Of a stretch of DNA of 64,000 nucleotides, positions 18,516-28,229 are shown in pieces. Made by a program: the position numbers and the translations under genes. Every line of letters begins with the position of its first letter. Position 1 is the stretch's first letter. The DNA comes from a virus. Taxonomy: Duplodnaviria; Caudoviricetes. The notes under the pieces were generated by a model, which was given only the letters and a program-made list of their open reading frames with translations, did no database searches and had not been told where the DNA came from. Where the stretch lies: IMG/VR virus record IMGVR_UViG_3300011226_000001, positions 128,001-192,000 of that record; one strand, given 5' to 3'.

Positions 18516-19088
18516 ATGGACGCATTGACGTTTAGAAAGAAAGCTATTGCGGAAGTTATTGATCGCGAAGGTGGCGAGAAGTATACAAACCGCGCTGCTG
18601 ACCGTGGCGGTCCTACTCGTTGGGGCGTCACTGAAAAGAATGCTCGTGCCTATGGCTACAAGGGTGCGATGCAAGACCTGCCTTATGAGATTGCGTATGC
18701 GATCTACAGCGCTAATTTCTGGGACTTCTGCAAATGCGATCAGCTTGCGAAGTATAGTCAGGAACTGGCACTGTGGGTATTCGACTACGCAGTAAACTCA
18801 GGGCCACCAGCAGCAATCGCAGAGTTGCAAGACCAATTGAACATCTTAAACAGCCGAGGCAGACTCTATCCTGATTTTGCTCCTGCTGCGAATATTGGTC
18901 CGAAGACTCTTGCTGCTCTGGATGCGTACTGCAAAGTGCGTGATATCAAAGTTCTGGCGTATGCCTATAACGGCTGTCGTATTGCGAAGTTGAAAAACAT
19001 CGCTAAGGCAGACGAAACTCAGGAAGATAACATTTATGGTTGGTACCAGCGTGTTATCACAATCACTAAACAAGTTGGAGTAAACTAA
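18516..19088 (+). CDS. Glycoside hydrolase family 108 endolysin
   Basis: REGG..YTNRAADRGGPTRWGVT, FDYAVNSG, C-terminal PG-binding-like GWYQR. Confidence 0.88.
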   Translation: MDALTFRKKAIAEVIDREGGEKYTNRAADRGGPTRWGVTEKNARAYGYKGAMQDLPYEIAYAIYSANFWDFCKCDQLAKYSQELALWVFDYAVNSGPPAAIAELQDQLNILNSRGRLYPDFAPAANIGPKTLAALDAYCKVRDIKVLAYAYNGCRIAKLKNIAKADETQEDNIYGWYQRVITITKQVGVN

Positions 19089-19090
19089 TC

Positions 19091-19426
19091 ATGTCTCTTA
19101 TCAAACTGAACCTGAACGACGTTGTTAAATCCGAGTCTGCATCTCCTGCGCTGAACGCCTTCTTCAAGGGTCTGGACAAGAAAGCTCTATTCGAGATCAT
19201 CGACGATGGTATGCCGTCTGACCTCGAAGGTCCGAACGACATTCTGGATCTGCGTTTCATCAGCGCTACCGGCGACACCGCTCGTTTCGGCATCATCACC
19301 AAAGATGAAGACGAAGGTTTCAACGTGACTGGTCTCGACATTCGTTTCGAAGGTGAGTTCGACGACGAAGGCGATATCCAACCTACTCTGGCTGCTGCTA
19401 AGAAAGCTCTCGCCCGTCTGCGTTAA
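19091..19426 (+). CDS. Acidic hypothetical protein (…KSESAS leader)
   Basis: 111 aa, GGAG SD, strong codon bias. Confidence 0.75.
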   Translation: MSLIKLNLNDVVKSESASPALNAFFKGLDKKALFEIIDDGMPSDLEGPNDILDLRFISATGDTARFGIITKDEDEGFNVTGLDIRFEGEFDDEGDIQPTLAAAKKALARLR

Positions 19427-20031
19427 TGGAAATCTACGTCTCCCTATCTAAGGCGACGCAAATCACAGCCCAGGCACTGCAAAGTGTCGTGGGCTTTCGT
19501 GTATTAGATCACAAACTTTTACGCGAAGAAGATGGTTTCGCCTTCTACGCGTTCGTCACTTTTATGCGAGATGACTCTGGTGATTATGAGCTTAATATCG
19601 CCAAGTTGATTCGTAAAGGATTGACAACGCATAGCTTCAAGCTCAATAGCCTCACTACAATCGGTGACGGCTATCAGACGATCTATGAAGCCGCAAACGC
19701 TATGGAGCGATTGAATGTGAACGGTAAGTTCCTGTCTCAGTCCTCCCCTCCACCAATTCAAAGCGTTGTGTTTCAGCTAAGTGATTTCCGCATTCCATTG
19801 ACACCTGACTTGCAGATTAAAGTCGATGCGTGGTGTGAAGCACAGGCTATCTGTCCTCTGCGGTATGCAGTTGTGAATCCGAGAACTGAGTCGATCGAGG
19901 TCTCTTTCAAAGACGCTTCGGCACACAACTCAGATATCATTGAGCAGATGCTACGCAACTCCCTGTACCAAGCGCTGGGTGATTACTCGGCCGGTAAAAA
20001 CTTCGATCTCCCAGGCAGAGCCCTGGTCTAA
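19426..20031 (+). CDS. Hypothetical protein (MEIYVSLSK leader)
   Basis: 201 aa, TAATG coupling. Confidence 0.75.
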   Translation: MEIYVSLSKATQITAQALQSVVGFRVLDHKLLREEDGFAFYAFVTFMRDDSGDYELNIAKLIRKGLTTHSFKLNSLTTIGDGYQTIYEAANAMERLNVNGKFLSQSSPPPIQSVVFQLSDFRIPLTPDLQIKVDAWCEAQAICPLRYAVVNPRTESIEVSFKDASAHNSDIIEQMLRNSLYQALGDYSAGKNFDLPGRALV

Positions 20032-20041
20032 GGGAAATAGA

Positions 20042-21007
20042 ATGGCACTCATTCGTATTAATATCGCGGACACGTTGTTGTCCGAATCTGCTGCAAAGAA
20101 ACCTGCGTACCACATCGTACAATCTTCTAGCGGTCCTATGATCGTTATTGATTCGAAGCACAAGCCTGTTGTCACAAAGGCCGTCACTTCTCTCGCTTCC
20201 GCGAAGAAGCTTGGTCTGTCTGCGGCTAAACTTAGCCAAGCCACCGAGAAACTTAAACTCAAGTTGAAGTCTACGCGTGATGCAGGTAAGAAAGGGCCGC
20301 TACGTGACAAGATCAAAGCAAACAATGCTACGATCAAGAAGGACGTTGCTGCGGCCAAAAAGCTGGCTAAAGATGCACTGTCCTCCTTAGCTAAAGCTGG
20401 CTTGAAGGTCTTAGATCCCACAGTGCGTCCTACGTACATCACATCTACCCAGCCTGACTATACTATTGGTAAAATCGGTAAAGCTAAAACGAATAGCTTC
20501 TGGGTAAAAGCGAGCGGTACGCATCGTGCACCTTCTCTGCTCAAGCCTCGATACGCGACTGGTGAGAAGTTCGATAAGATTGGTGCTTCTCCTGCTGCGA
20601 AGAAATTGAAGCCGGGTACTGCACCTAATGCGAAAGCTAAGCCTAAGCCTAAGAACGAGAATAGCTTGTGGCGTCACTATGACAAATCAAGCGGACCGAA
20701 AGGCGAACAGTATAAAACTGAGGGTCAGCTTCGTGATGCTGCTCGTCAGTCGTTGCAGGCGCAGTCTCGTCAGTGGGATAAAGACACCCGCATGTCCAAG
20801 CGTATGCTGAAAGAGTTGAATGGCGGTAAAGCTATCACTTCTGCTGCTGGCTGGACCGGTACTGTCGAAAAAGGTAAAGGTGTATTCACCAATAAGAAGG
20901 GCCAGAAGCTGGTGGTTAAGAAATCCGATATGGCTAGATTCGGTTTAACTCCTGATTCTTTCAAACGCGCTTTGGGTGAGTCCAACATCACAGACACTAA
21001 CTGGTAA
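20042..21007 (+). CDS. Lys/Ala-rich probable internal head protein
   Basis: Start MALIRINIADTLLSESAA; paralog of next gene. Confidence 0.75.
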   Translation: MALIRINIADTLLSESAAKKPAYHIVQSSSGPMIVIDSKHKPVVTKAVTSLASAKKLGLSAAKLSQATEKLKLKLKSTRDAGKKGPLRDKIKANNATIKKDVAAAKKLAKDALSSLAKAGLKVLDPTVRPTYITSTQPDYTIGKIGKAKTNSFWVKASGTHRAPSLLKPRYATGEKFDKIGASPAAKKLKPGTAPNAKAKPKPKNENSLWRHYDKSSGPKGEQYKTEGQLRDAARQSLQAQSRQWDKDTRMSKRMLKELNGGKAITSAAGWTGTVEKGKGVFTNKKGQKLVVKKSDMARFGLTPDSFKRALGESNITDTNW

Positions 21008-21044
21008 ATCGCTGCATCTGCGTGGCGGTTAAGGAATAAAACAA

Positions 21045-21956
21045 ATGGCTCTTATTAGAATCAATATTGCAGATTCTTTAGTATCTGAGTCTGCTCGTGT
21101 TAAGGTAGTAAGCTATAAGGTAGCTAAAGTCGGCGGCAAAACTACGCTCGTAGTTGTGTCTGAGCGAAAAGCTGAATTGCAGGCTGTTGTCGGTCTGTTG
21201 AAGAAAGCGAAAACTGCCGCTGTGTCTGGTATGTCTTCACGTATCAAAGCTGCGACCGCTTTTACCAAAGCACAACAAACTCCTAAAGGCCCGCGTAAGA
21301 CTGCGTTGCGCGAAACCTATAAGACCGAGAAAGCTAAATCGTCTGCGGATATCAAGCAGGCTAAGAAGTTGATCAAAGAAGCGAATGCCCACGCGAAGAA
21401 ACACGGTTTCGGTGGACTGAACCTTCCGCTGTCTGCATCTGATATCGTAATGTCAGGTCCGGGTCTGGCCAAGGCTCTGAAAACTGTTCGCGGTATCAAG
21501 CTGACTGAGTTCGGTATTACTGGCAAGCGCGGTACATTCAAGCCTGTATTCATGAAGGCTGAAAAGTTGACCGCAGGCAAAGCCAGCACGCCTGCAACTC
21601 GCAAGGCCAAAGCAGACGCGAAAGCTCCATCTGCTAAAAAGCGTGCCGCGAAGAAACCCGTGGAAATGAACCCGATCGCACTGACTGCAAAAGTCAATAA
21701 GTCTCTGCCGAAGATGCTTAAAACTGTAGGTATCACTTTTGACCAGAACAAGAAATCAGGTTCTGTTAAATACGATACCAAAGATCTCAAAGGCAAGGCC
21801 ATAGGCAAGAACAACATTGTTATGACTGAGCTGCGTATGCACCTTGAGGATAAAAATATCCCAGTGCAGAAAACGGCAAATGGCTTTGAAGTCCCTGGCG
21901 TTATTAAGTTCACTCAGGGTGAGAAGGGTGTTACGTTCAAACGTCTGGGTAAGTAA
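21045..21956 (+). CDS. Lys/Ala-rich probable internal head protein
   Basis: Start MALIRINIADSLVSESAR; AAGGA SD. Confidence 0.8.
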   Translation: MALIRINIADSLVSESARVKVVSYKVAKVGGKTTLVVVSERKAELQAVVGLLKKAKTAAVSGMSSRIKAATAFTKAQQTPKGPRKTALRETYKTEKAKSSADIKQAKKLIKEANAHAKKHGFGGLNLPLSASDIVMSGPGLAKALKTVRGIKLTEFGITGKRGTFKPVFMKAEKLTAGKASTPATRKAKADAKAPSAKKRAAKKPVEMNPIALTAKVNKSLPKMLKTVGITFDQNKKSGSVKYDTKDLKGKAIGKNNIVMTELRMHLEDKNIPVQKTANGFEVPGVIKFTQGEKGVTFKRLGK

Positions 21957-22466
21957 TTGCAGATCTTCGTCAGCCTAAGTGCGCCTACAATCTACTATCG
22001 CGGTCTTGCAGAAGACTGGTCAGATGAACATGCTAAGAAGCAACACATGACTTGGGTAACACCAGATCGTGCGTATGCTGAGAAGTATGCGGAAGGTGGG
22101 CGCCTCTACAAGTTTCATGCGGACCCAGGTCGCTATGCCAGCCTGAAATTCCGTTCTCTGTGGACGGAAGTACGGTTCGCTGAGATTTATAGACGAGTGA
22201 AACAGCTAATCATGGAAGCCTTTCAGTTGCATCTGGTTGGCAAAGATGAAGCGATAACACTCGTCGGTCGTCTGGACGCTCTGAACAAACACATACCTGC
22301 TAATCAACACAAGCGAGTGTACATGTGGTGGGACGAGTACACAGAGATCAGTAAAATCCTAAAACTGGCTGGCTATGATTCTATCAAAGGCAATGAGGGT
22401 GAGCACCATGACGTGCCTACTTTCGGTATCTTTGATCATACGCGAGTCAGGATGATTAAGGAGTAA
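21957..22466 (+). CDS. ADP-ribosyltransferase-like protein (MQIFVSLSA leader, TTG start)
   Basis: YYRG, WVTPDRAYAEKYA, GRLY, GYDSI..E pattern resembles ART-fold domains. Confidence 0.5.
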   Translation: MQIFVSLSAPTIYYRGLAEDWSDEHAKKQHMTWVTPDRAYAEKYAEGGRLYKFHADPGRYASLKFRSLWTEVRFAEIYRRVKQLIMEAFQLHLVGKDEAITLVGRLDALNKHIPANQHKRVYMWWDEYTEISKILKLAGYDSIKGNEGEHHDVPTFGIFDHTRVRMIKE

Positions 22467-22468
22467 TC

Positions 22469-22606
22469 ATGTTCAAGACAAAGCGTTTGTTGCTCGTCAG
22501 TCGCCGTACGGTGCCGATGATCAACTTTGGCATGGGCAAGATTATTGAAGAAGTATGGTTCGACCCAAAGAAGAACCGTAACGTGATCAAGACAATTATA
22601 GTCTGA
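22469..22606 (+). CDS. 45-aa hypothetical protein (below ORF-track cutoff)
   Basis: AAGGAG SD, MFKTKRLLLVSRRTVPMINFGMGK..., followed by terminator 22614-22645. Confidence 0.6.
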   Translation: MFKTKRLLLVSRRTVPMINFGMGKIIEEVWFDPKKNRNVIKTIIV

Positions 22607-22671
22607 CACTATCAAGGGCTTGCATCGAGAGGTGTAGGCCCTTTTGTACTTACCTGATAAAGGAGCCTACT

Positions 22672-23490
22672 GTGCAGTATCTGTCTAAGGTTGTTGTCGA
22701 TCCCAATAAACTCCCATCAGTTTTGTTCTACGACAACAAGGATAACATCTCTCTGGCACAACCCATTGAGGATGTTATTGTTAACGCTCGTTCGTGTTTG
22801 GGTAGCGGCCTACAACTGAATCCCATACGTGGTCAAAATGGCGCTAGGTACTATCATACGTTCCTGAGATACACACTAGGAGGTACTGCGAGAGTTACAT
22901 CTTTGTTGGCAGCAGCCAGAACTATTGCGTCAAAGAGTTTGTATACGTCTGACGGTACTGCAACAACGTTCCCTTCTGTAGGTATTGATGGGGATGGGAA
23001 CGCAGATACTCCTTATACGTTGAACAACATAATCTTGAATCCGAAAGGCGTAACGGGATTCCGTATGCCTAACCTGACGTTTAAAGCAGGTGCTGATAAT
23101 CGCTTCGGTGTTTACTACTATGTGTCTGACTCGACTTCCGAGATAGTTCAACCTACGTCTACATCTGCAGGTACAAACAACATCTACATATATCAGGGTC
23201 TGACAAAGGAAACTAAATTCATTCAGTTTCCTCTGCGTACATATGTTCAGGCCGTTCACTTCTACATAGACTATTTCTACGGAACTGGTCTTGTGTATAC
23301 GGACGTGACTCCTGGTACAAACGATGTTGTTAATCTGGACTGGGCTATTGGACTAATGACCGCCGGTAATATGTGTATCAGATATACGAAAGATAGAGAT
23401 TATACGATTGCCTCAAACTTAGTTCCAGGCAATCGTCCTAGAGTCACATTTAATACTCCTGAAGAATATGTGACTCAGCTAGATCTATAA
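22672..23490 (+). CDS. Paralog family member 2
   Basis: ARSCLGSGLQLNPIRGQNGARY ... SNLVPGNRP; AAGGAG SD, GTG start. Confidence 0.75.
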   Translation: MQYLSKVVVDPNKLPSVLFYDNKDNISLAQPIEDVIVNARSCLGSGLQLNPIRGQNGARYYHTFLRYTLGGTARVTSLLAAARTIASKSLYTSDGTATTFPSVGIDGDGNADTPYTLNNIILNPKGVTGFRMPNLTFKAGADNRFGVYYYVSDSTSEIVQPTSTSAGTNNIYIYQGLTKETKFIQFPLRTYVQAVHFYIDYFYGTGLVYTDVTPGTNDVVNLDWAIGLMTAGNMCIRYTKDRDYTIASNLVPGNRPRVTFNTPEEYVTQLDL

Positions 23491-23550
23491 ACCAATGTGG
23501 ACTCACCCTGGGGACTTTAAGGTCCATTCAACTCTATAAGGAAACGTGTT

Positions 23551-23916
23551 ATGTGGAAATATGAACAGTCAACAGGTCGCCTGTCTGACAAGAACGATAA
23601 AGTAGTTGCTACTGGTTATGCAGGGAAAGGCGAGCATAAGAACAAGCCTGCTTCTCAAAATATCGTAGGCACTGGTCCTCTACCTCAAGGCCGTTACACA
23701 ATCAACGCACCTCGCACAAGTCAGAAGACTGGGCCTTATGCTATGGACCTGACTCCTGCAAAAGAGAACGTGATGTTCGGTCGCTCTGCATTCCAGATGC
23801 ACGGCGATAGCATCAAAGCACCGGGTACTGCATCAAGCGGTTGCATCATCATGCCTCGCAACATTCGTGAACTAGTTTGGAACTCTGGTGACCATGAACT
23901 TGAAGTAGTGGTATAA
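23551..23916 (+). CDS. DUF2778/Tlde1-like L,D-transpeptidase-fold protein
   Basis: GYAG.G..KN.P, GPLPQGRY, GRSAFQMHGD, ASSGCII (His...Cys catalytic pair). Confidence 0.8.
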   Translation: MWKYEQSTGRLSDKNDKVVATGYAGKGEHKNKPASQNIVGTGPLPQGRYTINAPRTSQKTGPYAMDLTPAKENVMFGRSAFQMHGDSIKAPGTASSGCIIMPRNIRELVWNSGDHELEVVV

Positions 23917-23956
23917 CAGTAGGCGGTGCACAAAGATGTGCCACTAGGAGATTGCT

Positions 23957-24886
23957 ATGCAACTTATTTTGAAGCCAACACTGGTACTTAAAGATCATGA
24001 GATTGCTTTCTTTGATACATCGAAAGAAGCCTTCGTATCTAACAGTACGCTTACCGGAATGCTTAGACTCAATCTAAGAAACGCCAGAGCGTTCATGGGC
24101 CAAGATTCATTTCTTAATCCTATACGAGGCAAGCACGCCAATGGTAACTATTACCTGGCGTGTCTGCGTTACTTGTTCTATGGTTACAGTAATAGCCAAG
24201 ACAAGAGATACTTTTACCAGCACTTCATTGCGGCGACCCAGACTACAGCAAACAAGACTCGTGGCCCATGGACGTCCTATGCTGCGACTGATGGTACTGT
24301 GGTGACGTCCGCATATAGATACAATAACGGTTACAACGCGATGGTCCCGTTCCCTACTGATTTCTCTCAGCGTGGTCTAACGGTTACTATGTCTTGGCCG
24401 CAAGCGAACTTCTATAACTCGCTGTCTGTTAGTGTGAGTCTGACTTACCTGCAACTGTACTCTTATCTGATTCGACCGCCGACCTATAATAGCATGACGC
24501 TAGCCTATGCGTACAACTCGCAGACGCCTATGACAATTAGAGAGGGCCGCACCTCAGACTATCTGACGCCTACAGCCACTGTGTCAATAACTCCTGATGC
24601 AGAGTACATCAATGCCTTAGGAGAAACAGATTTCCGTTCGGCACAGACAGGTTATGTGTCTGCGCGTGAGTCACGCAATGATGGCCTGCATTATCTAAAA
24701 GATGCTAGCGGCACCTACATTGCTGATTTACCTACAGAGACTGTGGATATAGATTTGGGCCTGATATACCTAGATGATAACAATCTGATGAAGCTGAACA
24801 AGAGTGATTGGTCTGCACTTGCTCCTGTTGTACCTGGCTCACGACCACAGTTGAATCTGCAACTTAACAGGACGATTGATCTGTAA
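23957..24886 (+). CDS. Paralog family member 3
   Basis: ARAFMGQDSFLNPIRGKHANGNY ... VVPGSRP. Confidence 0.75.
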   Translation: MQLILKPTLVLKDHEIAFFDTSKEAFVSNSTLTGMLRLNLRNARAFMGQDSFLNPIRGKHANGNYYLACLRYLFYGYSNSQDKRYFYQHFIAATQTTANKTRGPWTSYAATDGTVVTSAYRYNNGYNAMVPFPTDFSQRGLTVTMSWPQANFYNSLSVSVSLTYLQLYSYLIRPPTYNSMTLAYAYNSQTPMTIREGRTSDYLTPTATVSITPDAEYINALGETDFRSAQTGYVSARESRNDGLHYLKDASGTYIADLPTETVDIDLGLIYLDDNNLMKLNKSDWSALAPVVPGSRPQLNLQLNRTIDL

Positions 24887-24895
24887 ATAGCGTGA

Positions 24896-25402
24896 ATGGA
24901 AAAGATATCCTTTACTGGCCATCGCCCACAGTCGCTCGGTGGATTCGGCCCTGAGGCAAAACACCGCCTGTATAAATTCGCGCATCGTAAAATGCTCACA
25001 ATCGACTGTGATGCAATCATCTATGTTGGTTGTGCTCTGGGTTTTGACATGGCCATTGCTACTGCTGCAATCGAGCAGGGCCATAAAGTTGTTTCCTGTC
25101 TACCTTATCCTGGATTCAATTCACGCTGGCCTATTAGTAGCGTGTTTGAACTTGACGGCCTTCTTAATAAAAGTCATGAAGTAAGAATAGTCACATCAAA
25201 AGAAGATTGGCTGCACATGGACGGTCAGGCGGGATTCGCGTTGAACAAACGCAATCACTATATGGTCGATGAAACTGATCGACTCATATCATTATGCTGC
25301 GGTGCTCCATCAGGTACGCAGAACTGTATCGACTATGCGCTCAGGCAAAACAAGCCTGTGACATACTGGTGGAAGGACTGGCTGCGATTTAACAGGAAGT
25401 AG
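24896..25402 (+). CDS. SLOG-family (YspA/DUF1273-like) protein
   Basis: ISFTGHRP, GCALGFD, KRNHYMVD, SGTQNCIDYA. Confidence 0.85.
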   Translation: MEKISFTGHRPQSLGGFGPEAKHRLYKFAHRKMLTIDCDAIIYVGCALGFDMAIATAAIEQGHKVVSCLPYPGFNSRWPISSVFELDGLLNKSHEVRIVTSKEDWLHMDGQAGFALNKRNHYMVDETDRLISLCCGAPSGTQNCIDYALRQNKPVTYWWKDWLRFNRK

Positions 25403-25405
25403 CCT

Positions 25406-26161
25406 ATGCAATATCATGTTTCCAATTACGGTGTGTTCAGCCTACAGTGCGCTCAGGTGTACGCATTCGACCAGAACACATCACTACAAGCAGCTTCTGC
25501 TGTTAGTGCTGTATATAAAGCGCTGTTCACATTAGGCCTTAACGGTCAAGCTAATACTGTATCGGGTGTGCTGTCCGGTAAGCGATACGCATCTAACCTC
25601 AAGTGGGCATATAGTGCGATGCCGACAACTGATGACCAGTTTCATATAGGCACTACGGTCAGTTCTGGCTGTTCTCGTGGTGACTCTGCAAACAATCTTG
25701 ACTGGTCTGCGAACAACACTGTGTTCATCTCAGACAGTACAGGCAACAAGTCTTGGTCATATGGCACATGCTATGTGACCACTGGCCTTCATTCACCCGC
25801 GCTGACCGCTACTGTACTGCTGCGAAATGAAGTAGGTACAGGCTACAACGTTACTCGTACAGGACGTGTTAGTTTCAACTCATACCTTGTCAACACTGCT
25901 GCGCAATTTAAATACATTCGTGGTACATCAACAACCGTCGATGCCAGTTCGTATAGTTATTCCATCATCAACGGTTCCTCTGATATGCGTATGTTCGCTG
26001 ATACTACTGAGGAAGATGTTGTTGTGCCTGTCGATAAATACGAGTGCATTCAGAACGGCAAGCTGTTCCGCTTCAAGCCCGAAGAACTCAACTTCGGTCA
26101 ACTCGTACCCGGCACACGACCTAAGGTTCAGACCTTCTTGACCGCCAAGTTTGACCTTTGA
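25406..26161 (+). CDS. Paralog family member 4 (most divergent)
   Basis: LGLNGQANTVSGVLSGKRY ... LVPGTRP. Confidence 0.7.
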   Translation: MQYHVSNYGVFSLQCAQVYAFDQNTSLQAASAVSAVYKALFTLGLNGQANTVSGVLSGKRYASNLKWAYSAMPTTDDQFHIGTTVSSGCSRGDSANNLDWSANNTVFISDSTGNKSWSYGTCYVTTGLHSPALTATVLLRNEVGTGYNVTRTGRVSFNSYLVNTAAQFKYIRGTSTTVDASSYSYSIINGSSDMRMFADTTEEDVVVPVDKYECIQNGKLFRFKPEELNFGQLVPGTRPKVQTFLTAKFDL

Positions 26162-26201
26162 TTCTGTAAATAGCAGTCAAAGAAACCTGTGGACTGTAGT
26201 G

Positions 26202-27275
26202 ATGAAAAAGAAAAAAGTATCTGAGATCTTAGAAGCGATTACGACCTCTGACTGGCACTTCGAAGGTCTGTCGAATCACTTCCCTACTGATCACGTTGAT
26301 CGCCAGCTTGAAACAATTGACCGCATCTATCAGTATGCAGTTGAGCACGGGATTCGTCACGTTATCGTTCCAGGCGATATCACCGATAAGTTTAAGATGG
26401 AGGACGAGACTAAGCGCAAGCTGCTCCAGTTCTTCCTCAAGTACGAGGGTGTTGTTGAAACGTGGTACTGTGGTGGCAACCACGACTGGGCAGACATGAC
26501 CTCCACCAGCATGGACTTGATTAAGACGTTCTGTGAATGGGACTTCCTCAAGTCGCTGCACATCTACCTAAGACCTGAGCAGGTAGAGATTGATGGTGTT
26601 GTCGTTAACTTCCTGCCTCACCCTGCAAAGGAAAGCATTAAGCATAAGAAGCCGTGTCTGAACTTCTGTCACGTAGAAGCTATCGGTGCGCTCGGTGATA
26701 ATGGGCGACCGCTTAAAGCGAAGAAAGATATCAAAGTTGATCCACGCGATTACACCATCAGTGGGCACATCCACCTGTATCAGGTACTTGAGGCAAAGCG
26801 CTTCACGTACTGTGGTTCACCGTACCAAAAAACGTTTGGGGAAGCACTGCCGAAAGGGTTCCTTCACATTCGTGCGTTCTACAAGAAGGGCGAGCTGATT
26901 GTCCAACAGAAGTTTATCGACAGCAAACCCGGATTCCGGTTAGAGACAGTTGCAATAGAGAATCAGAAAGACTGGTCACGTCTGGTAGTAAACCCTGCGA
27001 TTAGATACCGTGTTATTGTTAAAGATACCGTTTCTATTCCGGCAGATATCCGTACTCGCGTCCCGAATATTTCTCAAATAAATTCCACGAATAAACGTGT
27101 GGATCTCGATAATATAGATACAGTCGATGTTAGCGAGTTAGCGCTCGCGGATATTGATCCACGCGATGGCCTTAAGGAATACCTCAAGGCTTCGGGAATT
27201 AAAAAGTCCTTGCGGGTTAGCGCTCGGAAGGAACTTAACGCGGTGTTATCTGAAATAGGGTATACTGCTATGTAA
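26202..27275 (+). CDS. sbcD: SbcD/Mre11 (gp47-like) metallophosphoesterase nuclease
   Basis: TSDWH, PGDITD, GNHD, SGHIH, YCGSPYQ..FGE. Confidence 0.88.
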   Translation: MKKKKVSEILEAITTSDWHFEGLSNHFPTDHVDRQLETIDRIYQYAVEHGIRHVIVPGDITDKFKMEDETKRKLLQFFLKYEGVVETWYCGGNHDWADMTSTSMDLIKTFCEWDFLKSLHIYLRPEQVEIDGVVVNFLPHPAKESIKHKKPCLNFCHVEAIGALGDNGRPLKAKKDIKVDPRDYTISGHIHLYQVLEAKRFTYCGSPYQKTFGEALPKGFLHIRAFYKKGELIVQQKFIDSKPGFRLETVAIENQKDWSRLVVNPAIRYRVIVKDTVSIPADIRTRVPNISQINSTNKRVDLDNIDTVDVSELALADIDPRDGLKEYLKASGIKKSLRVSARKELNAVLSEIGYTAM

Positions 27276-27391
27276 AAAGATTTAGGAAATTTCCTGATAA
27301 AAGTTTCAGGGATTATACTAATTTTTACATGCTGATTTCAAAACTTAATGTCCACAGGACGAAAGTTCAATTGTAACTTGAGGATATAACC

Positions 27392-28063
27392 ATGGCCGTA
27401 AAACGCAAACTGACCTCCCCGACCGACCCAGTTAAAGGCGGTTCTAAAGCTAAGAAAGCTGGTACCAAGAAAGCATCTGGTGCCAAGAAAGCTACCACCA
27501 AAAAAGCTAAAGCGCCTAAGGCTGCCAAAGCTAAAGCTCCTAAAACTGCAAAGGCTAAAAAGCCTGCTGCAAAGAAAACCGCTTCTGAGAAGAAGTTCGA
27601 CAACGAGCGTTCTACTCACCTGCGTAAGCAGGCTAAGAAAGCGAAAGGCAAAAGCATCGAGCAACGTCTGAAAGAGCGTCTGGCTAAATACCAGGCCGGT
27701 CTGAAAACCACCGCTAAATCTCAGGCGCAGGTTCGTAAGCTGCTGCTGAAACGTCAGACCATCGCTCTGAGCAACCTGAAAGCGAAACAGAAAGCTGGCT
27801 ACAGCAACCTGATCGCGAAACAGAAAGCTCGTCTGGCCGCGCGTAAAGCACGTAAGCCGATGATCAAAAACGGTAAGCTGGTAACTCCGAAGGTTCAGCC
27901 GAAAGCTGTTACCCTGAAGAAGCCTAAGCTGAAACCACTGCCGCGCCTGAAAAAGGGTAAAGAGACTACCCAGAAGCAGGTTCATCACACCGGCACCGCA
28001 GCACAGAAAGCCGGCGCGAAGAAAGCAGCTAAGACCAAGAAAACTGGTAAAGTAAGCGTTTAA
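27392..28063 (+). CDS. Histone H1-like Lys/Ala-rich DNA-binding protein
   Basis: 223 aa with KKA/KAPK repeats, GAGG SD, extreme codon bias, own promoter motif and terminator. Confidence 0.8.
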   Translation: MAVKRKLTSPTDPVKGGSKAKKAGTKKASGAKKATTKKAKAPKAAKAKAPKTAKAKKPAAKKTASEKKFDNERSTHLRKQAKKAKGKSIEQRLKERLAKYQAGLKTTAKSQAQVRKLLLKRQTIALSNLKAKQKAGYSNLIAKQKARLAARKARKPMIKNGKLVTPKVQPKAVTLKKPKLKPLPRLKKGKETTQKQVHHTGTAAQKAGAKKAAKTKKTGKVSV

Positions 28064-28093
28064 TCGACCTGGTCGGTAAGACAATTACGAAAC

Positions 28094-28123
28094 AAAAAGG
28101 GGTGGCTTCGGCTGCCCCTTTTT
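28094..28123 (+). terminator. Intrinsic (bidirectional) terminator
   Basis: AAAAAGGGGTGGC-TTCG-GCTGCCCCTTTTT; same stem at 56081. Confidence 0.85.
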
Positions 28124-28229
28124 GTATTCTAGCGTCCTAAATTTGTAAAGTCAGTACGCACACTATATCGAACAAAACACGCCTTAGTCGCTAATTTTCA
28201 CTCGATATGATTACTAGACCCAGTAGAGG

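Noticed and set aside
27344-27368. GTCC-ACA-GGAC-GAAA resembles hammerhead stem II plus GAAA
   Set aside because: The required CUGANGA core is absent (ACTTAAT instead); better read as a 5'UTR hairpin
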